A stretch of 53,099 bases of DNA from assembly GCA_000388065.2 (NCBI GenBank), contig KB932204.1. One strand, written 5' to 3'. Of this stretch, positions 14,162 through 25,000 are shown one piece after another (within the stretch, counting starts at the first letter, position 1; each line of letters begins with the position of its first letter). This DNA comes from Fonticula alba ATCC 38817 (taxonomy: Eukaryota; Protista; Nucleariida). The position numbers and the translations under genes are program-made. A model generated the notes under the pieces. It searched no databases. It was not told the origin of the DNA and was given only the letters and a program-made list of their open reading frames with translations.

Positions 14162-14545
14162 ATGAGCAGCATCAACGAGGACAAGCTTATCCGCCTACAG
14201 CACATCAATGAGTGCCTCCGCGCGGACCTCGAGCGCGAGCGCGTCAAGGTCTCGGTCGCCAGCAAGTCGTGCGTTTTCCACTCTCCTCCGTTCCTTCTCT
14301 CTCCCCCATGCTCGCCCGCTTGTGCCCCCCCCCTCTCTCGACGTGAACCCCTGCACTGCTCTCTAACTCACTCGGCCCTCACCCTGCCCCTTCCTCCATC
14401 TGTCTCTCCCTTGCCCTGTCCTTTCTGCAGCCTCATCGACTTCACTCTCGAGACCATGGACCCTCTGATCCACACCAGCCAGATCGACACCAACCAGAAC
14501 CCCTTCACCAAGAATGCCCGCAGCCGTGCCTGCGCACTCTTCTAA
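14162..14545 (+). CDS. GNG: Heterotrimeric G-protein gamma subunit, 2 exons (14162-14268, 14431-14545), 73 aa
   Basis: The spliced protein is MSSINEDKLIRLQHINECLRADLERERVKVSVASKSLIDFTLETMDPLIHTSQIDTNQNPFTKNARSRACALF. It has the GGL-domain pattern (L..EL.RER.KVS.A...L.......DPL, NPF) and a C-terminal CaaX (CALF). The intron is GTGCGT...CAG, phase 2. Confidence 0.95.
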   Translation: MSSINEDKLIRLQHINECLRADLERERVKVSVASKSCVFHSPPFLLSPPCSPACAPPLSRREPLHCSLTHSALTLPLPPSVSPLPCPFCSLIDFTLETMDPLIHTSQIDTNQNPFTKNARSRACALF

Positions 14546-17500
14546 GTGTCTCTCCCTCTTCCTGAGGAGGATCAGAGCGAGCGGGTACGCACACACTCGC
14601 CTCCCCCAGTTGCACGCTCCATTTGCCCCCGCCCGCCCCCTTGCTGCTCCTGCACACGCTCCTAACCGCCATCCTCCCCTCCCCCTTCTCACGCCATCCC
14701 CACGCACCAACACAGGGAGCACACCCTTCCTCCTTTGTTCCTCCTCCCCTCTCTTCTTCTGCGTGCCGCACCCGATCCCCCCCCGTGTGAGACCCCACCT
14801 AGAGTTCCCTCTTGCCCCTCAGTTCTCCGTTTGAGGGGACCTAGCATGTCACGCGTGTGTGCTGCCGCGCCGCCGATGCGCACGCCACCACTCCGTGTGT
14901 GCGCCCCCTCTTCCCTCCTCTCTCCCACCACCGTCCTTGTCTCTTCTTCCGCTTCTTCCGCCTCTCTGCTCTCCCTTCCCCCTTCCCTCCTTCTCCTTTG
15001 CAAGTGGCAGGGCTGGGCGGACTTGTGGGGTGTCGAGCTTGTGAAGTTCCGCCGTGCCCGCCCTCCTCTCTCCCTCTCTCTCTCTCTCAGAAATCGCCCG
15101 AAGAGGCGTCTTGCTGAACCTCCCCCCCCCCCTCGTGTGCGGCACACAGCGCCACTCTCCGGGACGAGGGGCGGCGGCATCTCTCAGTGCACCCGGCTCT
15201 CCTTCTTCCTCTTCCGACCCCTGTCTCTTCCCATGTGGGTGGCATGTGTGTCGGTTGTCGTCTCGCCGCCTGCCTCTGTGTGTCCTCTTCTCCTGCCTCC
15301 TCTTTCGCTCTCCTCCCCCCTCTCGCGTGCACACATTCGTGCGCCCGGAGGGAGGGTGGTGGTACTTCAGATATTCTCCTCCCCGGGCACCGCATGCGAG
15401 CGCTTCTCCAGCCTCCCCACAGCCGTGTATCCCCCCTCCGCCCCTCCCTCTCCTCTCTTGCCTGCCTCCCAGTGAGATGATGGCGGTCCTTGTGTGCAGT
15501 GCCCGCGCACCGCGCATCGCGCCGGGTGCGGCTGCTCCGCTCTTCCCTCCTCCTCTCCCTCTTCCTCCTCGACACGCGCATCCGATGCTAGTTCTCCATT
15601 CGGAGCGTGCTGAGGGTGGCAGTCTGGCAGGCGTTTCCCCTCTCTTGTGGATGCGCACGGGCTGTGCCTCCCCATCCTCCTCCTCCTCCTCTTCTTCTTC
15701 TTCTTCTTCTTCTTCTTCTTGTGTGTGTGTTTGTGTGCGCATGGTCGCATGGAGGCCTATCCTTCCTCTCCCTCTCTGGACATGTTGGTGCCCTTCGTTG
15801 CTCCTCCTTGTGCACGCTCCCCGCAATCCCAAAATATACCCATAAATCCTACACATGTGTGTTTCCTACGGCTGCACCTCTCTCTCTCTCTCTCTCTCTC
15901 TCTTACGCGCACACACCATACTTCACAAAGCGGAGGGGCGATTGAAGCCCCACCGACCATGGGTACCAAGCCGGGGGGTATGTCGCTCGCAGCCGCCTCT
16001 CGCGGGTCAGGGCCCACCGCGACCGTATGCCGGGAAGCCCTCCTCTGGGCGCTGGTGTGTTGGCGCGCGGGGCTTCCTCCTGTCTCTCTCAGCCAGGCGC
16101 GCGCTCCTGCCGGCAGCCGACAGGCAGCTCGGCTGTGAGCGGTTGCCATGCGCCCCCCGCCGCCCCTCTCCTCCCCTCGCGAACGGTAGCCTCGGCATAA
16201 AGGCAGGCAGTTCGCCCAGCAGACCACGCATGACTCCCCCGCTCGCTCGCAAAACGCACCATGAAGAGCGCCCTCTCTTTCTCCCTCCCTGGGTGAGCGG
16301 CGCATCCTCCGAGCGAGCCCAGACCACTGGAAAAAAGATGCGCCCAGCCGAGGGCCACAGCCGCGGCCGGTGGATTGCCGGGGACAAGCTTGTGACCTCC
16401 CGGGCGCCGGTGCAGCGCCCCGGGGCGCACCCGCCCGCCGCCCGAGAGGCAAGGCAGCGGGTGGGCCAGTCCCTTGCCCAGTGCTGGCCTCAAAGCGGCA
16501 CCACTGCCAGCGCTGTGAGAGGAACTCCCCCACAGAGGCCGCGGAGGTCTGGCATTTTTGAATGCGAGCGAGAGTCCCCCCGGAGCTCCGCCCAGGGGCG
16601 CGAGCGGGGGGAAGTGTCGCGGGAGAGGGCCGCGCGCGCGCACACATTTCACCACATCTTCCGATATATATAGAAATATATGGAACGACCCCGACATGCG
16701 CTGGGGAATGGAGAAATTGTGTGGCAAGCTGGGGGCAGCCCCCTGCAGGGGAAAATTGGCTCCTGGCAGCCCTCAGTCAAGGGCTTTTGGGCGGGCCAGG
16801 TATTAGGACAAGCGAAGGAGAATCACGCACTTCATGTGGGCGGGGAGTATCACGCCCGGGAGCCCTAATCACACGACAAAGGCGCCTCCGCTCCCTGGCC
16901 TGACGAGTCAAGATATGGAGACAGCCCGCGGCAGGGGGGCCTCCGCCGCGGCCGGGGGGCACGCCTCCCATGCGGTTTTCGGGTCCGAGAACGGGGGGGG
17001 GGGGGGGCGAGGCGGCTGGCCAACTGACGCCAGCCGGGGCCCCCTCGCCAGGTTGCTGCACCCTTTGTGGAAGATCCGACGGACATGGGCCGGCTCGGGG
17101 GAAGGAGGTTCCCTCCTTTTTTTGGGCCCGGGGCCGGAGTGAGACGCGCACTCATTCCACCCTGTTCCGGGCCAGGCGGCGGGATCTGTCAAGTGGCGCC
17201 CCCCCCCCCCGGCGTGCCCGTGCAGCGGACAGCCGGTCCCCGCGCATTGTGATGCGGGGCTACTGGCTCCGGCGGTCTCTCCTGGCCACAATCCGCGGGA
17301 TACCACAGGTGGGGGGCGAGGGCGGGGGCAGGCCCCCAGACACATGTATGTTGTCCCGAGAAGCGGGTGTTTGTGTGCTTTCGCACACTTGTCGCCGGGC
17401 CGGCTGCGGCCCCGGCTTTCTCTCTGCCTTTCGCACTGCCTCCTGAAAACCAGCAGCCGGGGCTCCTTTTTCGGATCATCGTGCAGAAGATCCGGACCCG

Positions 17501-19087
17501 GCGCCCCAACGGAGACGGGGGGGGGGGGGGGGGGCCGGGGGCGGAGCGAGGCAGGCCGCACACGCGTGTTCAGATCGCGCCCGGGAGTGCGCCCACCACT
17601 CCCTGCCCGGCGGGGCACCTGGGCGCGCGCGCGCGGCCTGCGCTCTGCATGACGAGCGAGATGAGACGGCGGCCTCGGTTATGGGGCCCCTTGCCGGGTG
17701 TCGGCCTGGGAAAGCACTGGGAGGCTATCATGGTCTCCAATCGCATACCGTGCCGAAATGGCCGGCCCGGTATCCTGCCCTCGGCGCCGCCCCCCGATCA
17801 GGTGGCACACGTTCCCCCCCCCTCCCGGACTGGGCTCTCCTGCTGGTCCACATAGACCCTGCCTGTACCCGAGGCCGATCCCCGCGCAGCATGCCGCCCC
17901 TGGAGAGTGCGGGCAGCGGGACGGGGGGGGNNNNNNNNNNNNNNNNNNNNNNNNNNNNNNNNNNNNNNNNNNNNNNNNNNNNNNNNNNNNNNNNNNNNNN
18001 NNNNNNNNNNNNNNNNNNNNNNNNNNNNNNNNNNNNNNNNNNNNNNNNNNNNNNNNNNNNNNNNNNNNNNNNNNNNNNNNNNNNNNNNNNNNNNNNNNNN
18101 NNNNNNNNNNNNNNNNNNNNNNNNNNNNNNNNNNNNNNNNNNNNNNNNNNNNNNNNNNNNNNNNNNNNNNNNNNNNNNNNNNNNNNNNNNNNNNNNNNNN
18201 NNNNNNNNNNNNNNNGGGGGCAGGACAGGCCCATGTCTGCGGCGGATCTCCGCTCGTACCCCGAGGCTCTGGCGGCACCGTTGCCGGCCCCGGGTGCAGG
18301 CGAGAGACGACGGAGCCGTCGTATTTGATGCGTTCCCTGGAATAGCGACCACCGCGTGTTCCCAAGGCGTGGTCCTCGGCCCCCCGCCCGCCCCCCCCCC
18401 GCATCCCTGAGGCCCTGACCCCGAGCAGTTTCCCCCCCTCCTCCGACCCGGGCCGGCTAGCCGTTCCCCCCCCCCCCCGGCGAGAAACGTCCGGTGAGTT
18501 GGGATCCGGCGCAGCTTCCCGCAGCCCCCTGCCGCCCCGCTTGTCCTGGGGACGCTGGTTTTTGGCCCAAGGTGGCCCTCGCACTTTCCATCCATCTCGC
18601 TCGCCTCCTGTCGGTGCGTCTTTGCCTGGATCTCACCCCTCGAGGCTGGCGCTTTTCGGAGCCTGGCCTGGCCGTGCGACAGCCGCCCCCCACACCAACA
18701 CCCCCTCCTCCCCACCGACTCGCATCCCCGCCTTCCGTGAGCCCCTCTCCGCCCGGCGCACAGGAACACTTCTTCCCTCCCCCTCCCTCCTGCCCCCTCG
18801 AGTCCATCACTCCAGCCTCCCCTCCCACACGCGCCCCCTCTCTCTCTCTCTCTCTGTCTCTCCCTCGCCCTTCTTCCATTTTTGTCGCCCTGCCCCCAAC
18901 CACCCCGGCGCCGAAGCTCCGGCCCCCCGCCAGCGCCCTCCTACCCTTCACCCTTCTATCCCACCTCCCCGCCGAGGGGAGAGCTCACGCGGACCATCTG
19001 TCCCCAGGGGCCATCTCTGATCCCGGAGAGCCGCGCCGCCTCCCTTCACGCCCAGCTTCAGCCCATGGCCCGGTCCGCGATCGTTCC

Positions 19088-22000
19088 ATGACGACGCTGC
19101 CCGGTCCCAATGTCCCGGCCGGTCGGCGCGATCTCCACCCCCGGCGACGACACGCGCCGCAGCCGGCCGCGGTAGCCCCGGCAGCCACGGCGTCTGCCGA
19201 TGATCCCACCCCCAAGGGGCGTCCCGGCCCAGGGACGAGGCAATCGGCCATGGCTTCTCCGGCCGCGACAGCCCCTTCCGAGGCCGGCCCGCCGCCGCCA
19301 GCCTCGGATCCTGCTGCCAGGTACTCCCGCTGGTTGTGATATCCCCCCTCCCCTCGCTCTCTCTTTCTCTTTCTCCCCCCCCCCCCCCCCTGTCTCTCCC
19401 CCCCCCGCGGATCGCTGATCTTCCCTTCGGATCCATCTTCCCCGCCTCCAGCGTGCCAGCTTCCGGCCTCCCCCCCTCGTATGAGGATTTCCTCGGCTCA
19501 TCTGGGCGCTGGGCATTCGATGGCACGGATGCCGGCACCCGCATTGTCCTGCCCTTCCCGCACTTGACGCCGGAGCAGCCGCGCCGAGTCCCGGAGGAGG
19601 TCCCCTCGAGCGCCCCGTTCCCGAGCCCCGGGCCCACCAACGGTGTGCACCCACTCGCCAGCCGGCGCGCATTCGCCCCCCGTTCGCCCATATGCCCCCC
19701 ATTTGCCCGGATCGTCCCCTCACTCACACCCCGATTGGGTAGCCCTCGAGGGCGAGTCTTTCTGGCTCGGTGATCCGCACCCCATCTCGCCGGCCTCTCG
19801 ACTGAAGGCCGCCCGGCAGCTGTTCTCCTTTTGCTGGGGCCACACCAGCCGGTTCTTTGCTCGGACCTTTTCTTCCTCCTTCCCCGTGGTCTCGCCTGGT
19901 GGCCCCCCGGATCCCGAGGATCCCGGTCTGGTTGAGGAGGGACCCACGCCCGTCGGCCCCCCCCGGCCCATGGGTCCGCCGACACTCGTGCCCAGTGGTC
20001 CCCCTCGGCGGCGGCTCCCCCTGCGCGGGGGCGCCCGGCCCTCGCCGATGCCCGGGGCCTTACGGCGACCGGGGCGACCTCCTTCGGCCACCGGGCATTC
20101 GGCTTCGGCCGGGGCCGGTGGCTTTCCCCCATCCTTCCCCCCGCCCCCTGGGGCATCGAGGCCGGTGCACCGCGCCATGGTGCAGGCCCGGGCGCTGGCT
20201 GCCTTGACAACCGACGCTCTTCGGCTGCTCCTCTACGTGGTTCACTGCATCAGCCTGCCGGCCGTGTTGTCGGCCTTCCTCTTCCTGCTGCAGCTCCTGT
20301 GCGGTGGTCTCCCTCTGCTGGACTGGATGGCTTCCATTGCTTGGGCCTTGGCAGCGGTCTTCACCATGTCCCTGCCACTGGCTCTCCCCGAGCGTCTCCA
20401 GCACCTGGTTGGAAATTCCAACGCCCGAGCCAACCTCCTGCTCACCTGTCTGACAATCTTCCTCCTGTGGGCCGTGGTGCGTATGCGTCTTTGCATGGGT
20501 GGCGTCTGTGTGCAAGGCTTCCCCGGTCTCCCGGCGCATGTGTCCTCTACTCCTTCCCTCCCTCCATTGGGTCCTCTGCCCTCCCTCCCTTCCTGCCGCG
20601 GGGAGTTGCCCATTTCACCAATTCTGACCGGCTCTGCAACTCGTCCCCCCCCCCTCCCCCCCTGCCCCTTGTAGTTGCCCTCCATTGTCAGCCCCCCTCT
20701 GGCATCCTGTCTGGCCGCCTTCACCGTGCGCTTTGCTTCAACTTCCAAGTTGCTGGACCGGCGTCTGCGGTCAACCGCCCTGCCAGCCTCGGCGCTCCTC
20801 CCCAACCGGCGCCCCCTGCCTCTGATCCACCTGGTGAGCACTGTTGTACTTTTATTCCTGGCCTTCGTGTCGACCTTCTCCTTCTTCCCGGTGGCCACAT
20901 CGGTCAACCACGCCCCAGGAGCTGGTATCCTGGCTGGTATCCACACGCCATTTGACCCGGCCGCCGCCGCCGCCGCCGCCACTCTTGTTCAGGGTATGTC
21001 TTCCAGGCAAAGTCCCCCCCCCCCCTCCCCCTCGGGGACCTGGCTCCCTCCCTCCATCACTCTTCGCCCCCCCCCCCCCCGCCCCCCACTCGGCCCCCCT
21101 GACAGTATGGTCTCCCTTGCCCTGTCGCCAGGACCATCTATGGCCCTGCGCCTGGCCAGCCTCCTGGCGCCGGCGCCCTTCTCTTCCATCGTGGTGAGCT
21201 CGGTGGATGTGGCTCCAGACTGCCCCTCGAGCGTTGGAGGGCCGAATGCCTCGCGACCCGCGGCTCCCCCGGTCCCTTCGCCCATCTTCGTCTCGACTCC
21301 CCTGCTGACGACCACCCTCCCGCGGATGATCCTGTCCCGATGGGGCGCCGGCCCCGGGGGCGAGCACCACCTGATGCAGCATGCCCATTCGCACGGCCCG
21401 CCCTTCTTGGCGGACCCCATCCTCCGGGTATCGGACTTTGTGGCCTACTTTGCAGCCTCCTGCGCCCTGGGCCGAGTGGCCCTCTGGCTGTTGAATCGCC
21501 TCCTGCCCGGGGTGTGTGCGGTTCCGTTGCGCGCACCAACCGACCGATTCTCCGAGTTGACATCGGCCGTGCGGCGGGAGTTGTCCTGGTCGGCGGTCGG
21601 GGCCGCCACCCCGGCACCAGCTCGCCGGCCGGCTGGCATCCTGCTGCTGCTGCGAACGTGTGGCACGGGGTCTGGATCCCCAACCGTGTGGGCGGTCTCC
21701 CCCCGGGCATGGGCCACATCCATGTCGTGGTTCTTCTCGCTTGGGAGCTTCCTCCGGGCGGCTCGTTCTGGCACTCGGCTCTTGGCGACCGATGTCCTGC
21801 GCTGGGTGCTGCTGGATGGGTCGTATTTGGGGGTGTTTGCTCGGCCCCCGGGTGCCCTGGTGACGGGCTTGGATTCGAGCCCAGCGCCCGCGGCCGGTCC
21901 GGGGCTGGAGCTCCTGCGAGCGCTCTGCCTTCGACCGGTGTATGGGCTGGTCATTGCCCTTTTGCGGCCCCTGGCGACGCCCCATCGGTCGGCTGCCTGT

Positions 22001-25000
22001 CCGGCCGGGTGTCACCAGGCGGCCTCCTTGACCGGGACCAAGGACCACACTGCCGCTGGGCCAGGCGGCAGCCTGACTGCCAGCCCAGCTGGCTTTATCC
22101 CGCGCCTGGGCCCGACCGACACGATGGCCTCGGTCCCGAGCCCCTGTGTGTCTACCGCCGGGCGCATTACGAGCCCGCGCATTGTGCTGCACTCACTGCG
22201 CGGTGACACGGCCCGACTGTTCGTCATCCTCCCTGCCCCGCGTAAGAGCCGGCCAGCCGTGCGTCAGCCCCCCTGCCACCATCCGCTGCCACCATCCGCT
22301 GCCTCTTGCCCGCCCTTTCTCCATGGGGGCTTTGTGTTGGCTCCTCTCGGGAGTGCATCTTCCTCACCACTCTCCCCCGCTCCCCTTCCTCCATCCTTGC
22401 CTCGGTCAGCCCGCTTACACGGTGAAGCTGAATGGCGAGGCAATCTTCCGACTGCCCTCGCGCATCGACATGCTGACCCCTGGGCGGCTGTCGGTGTGTC
22501 TGTGTTGTCGGCGCTCCTCATCACGCTGCCAGCCGGCCGGCGGACGGGCCTGCTCGTGCAGCTTTCAAATTTCGCTGGCCTCGCTTTTCTCCTGCTGTGC
22601 ACCCTGCTTTCACAGCTCGCTCGATGTGTCCTTCACATCGCTCTCATCCTCCCTGCAGGTGGCGTATGACCCGCATGCCGCGGGGGATGATGATCCGGCC
22701 GGTCGTCAGCCAACTGCTGCCGATAGCTGGGCCATCCCCTCCCCCTGGGCGAGTGACGACCAGGCGGCCGGGCCTCCGACCTGTTCGGGAGCCTCGTCCT
22801 CGACGGGCAGCGTCCTGGGGCGCTTGCTTGGCCGCCGGCCCACCAGGCCGCTCCTGTCCCCGGCGCACCTGGCCACCGCGTGTTACTGGTGCTTGTGCGG
22901 GGCCGAGTCTCCCTGTGGCCAGGGCGGCTTTTACCGCGTGGCGGTCCTGCACCTGCGTGGCTTCGACCCAGCGGCGCATCAGACCGTCCAGGTGCACGAG
23001 GAGCCGGCGTTACTGCCCAAGGCCGCCGGGTGCGAGGCTGCCATCCCGGAGGGGGTGCTCGGGCGACTGTTGCACCCGGTGCCCCGCCGAACGGGCCTCC
23101 TTCGGCGCATCAGCCGAGTGTACCTCTTGTCGATGGTCCAGACGGCCAGCTGGCTGGGCCGGGCCCTTTTGGCGTGTGCCGTGTTGGCTCTTTCCTCAGC
23201 TCTCTTCTTCCTGTCTTATGTGCTGGAGTTGTACATTTCCGCCGATCCGCCCAGCGGCCCGGAGCCAAGTAACCCGATGGCTTCGGCCGCCGGGGCACCG
23301 AGCCCGTCCGCGGCCGCCGCCTTGACCGACGTGACCGGCAGCCCCGGCTCGGCTGCGGGCGATCACCCGGCAGTTGGCTCGACCCCACCGGCGGCACCCA
23401 CCGTGTCCGATTCCAACTCCCCACACCCCGGTGGTCTTGGACCTGCATCGGTTACCTTCCTTGGGGAGTCGGGGGCACTGGTGCGCTCGCCGGTCCCTGG
23501 GGCCGGCCACGCGGCGGGTTGCCAATGTTGCCAGGTGCCCCTGGCCATGATGGGCCCTTCGTATGTGCCCCTCCCAGGTCAGCCGCTGGTGGCCGGTGAT
23601 TCCCAGACCCCCATCGCGGCTTCCGGTCCCGTGTCCGGGGACATGTCCTCGCCCTTTTCCTATTCCCCCGGGCCGGGCAATGTTCCGGCGCCGGGCTCGG
23701 CCACCATCGAGATGGCATCCCCCGGCGATGGGTCCATGCCGGCCTCCCTCGTCGAGGGGCCGGCGCTGGATGTGGCCGGCAGTTTGGCCTTCGACCATGT
23801 CTTCGATCAGCTGCCGGCCGATGTGGCGTCGCATGCCGCGGTGCTTGCCTTGAGGGAGGAGCTCTTCGCGCTGCATGCCGTGCGTCTCCTGCTCGCCTTT
23901 GTTGTTGCTCCCCTTCCCGTCCTCGCCATTTGTTCGGTCTTGTCCCCCGCCCCTCCCTTTCGTCTGCCCACTGACTGATGTGCCTTTCTCATGTTGCACC
24001 CCGAATTGGATGTGGGCACAGGCGCGCGCCAACATCGAGGCCGAGTTGGAGAGCGCCCAGGCCCGGCACCATGACGAGACCCAACAATTGGAGGCAGCCC
24101 AGAGTCTGGCCGATGCGCAGCTGTCGCAATTGTACGCGGAGTTCCCGCGACCCAAGCGCAAGGCCCGCCTGCGGGCTCTGCGCGAAAAGCGAAGTCGCCT
24201 GGATCTGGCCCGACAGAGGTATGAAACCGAGGAGCGGCAGATCCTCGCGGAATTCCGACAGCTGGAGCAGCGGCTGGAGACCGTGCAGCAGGGCGCCATC
24301 GAGCTGGCGGCCTTCTGGCGGCAGGCCGAGCGTCTGGCCAACCAGGCTCCCGGTCTGGCGGCGGCTTTGCGTTTGCCAACTCCCCCGACCGATGTCGGTC
24401 CTGGCCTCGAGTTGGCGGCAGGGAGTGGCGATTCCCCACCGCCCGGCCCGCCGGCAGCCGTGGCGGTGTCGCATCTGCCTGTGTCACTGACTCGCGGATC
24501 GTTGAATGGGATCCAGCGTCTCGTGGCGCAGGAGCGTGAAATGGCCGCCGCGGTGGCCGAATCGGCCGCCTTGCGCACCGAGGCCCAATCTCTGGAGGTC
24601 GCCACCCGGCAGGGGCGCAAGAGACTGCACCAGCAGCAGGATGCCCTGGCGGGCTTGCGAGCCATGTTGAAGACGGACCTGGCTCTGCAGCAGCAATTGG
24701 CCACCCTCGGCGATCTGTATGCCGAGCAGCTGGCACGAGAGGCGAGCTCCTCCCCGGAGGCGCCGTTCGCCGCCGGGTCGAGCGCCGGTGAGGGGGCTGT
24801 GCCCCCTCCTGCGACTGGGCCGCCGGGCCCGCGACCGGGTGTCTCGCCGCCAACCACGGATGACGATGGGGCCGGTGTGCCTGTGACCTCCCTGCCGGAT
24901 TCCCTTCCCCCATCGCCTCCATCGCCAGAGGCGCCGGTGGCCCAGGCTGGCGGCTTGCCGATTCTGGCCGCCCTATCGCGTTCGGTGTCATTGCAACCGC

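Noticed and set aside
15959-16138. 59-aa small ORF (MGTKPGG...) with an accATGg start context
   Set aside because: The context matches real genes here, but the peptide has no recognisable motif and ORFs of this size are expected by chance at this GC content. It needs ribosome-profiling evidence.
19088-23879. Orphan membrane protein as the GPCR of the cluster
   Set aside because: The hydrophobic segments are irregularly spaced with very long loops and no GPCR family motif is visible. It is kept only as an unassigned protein.
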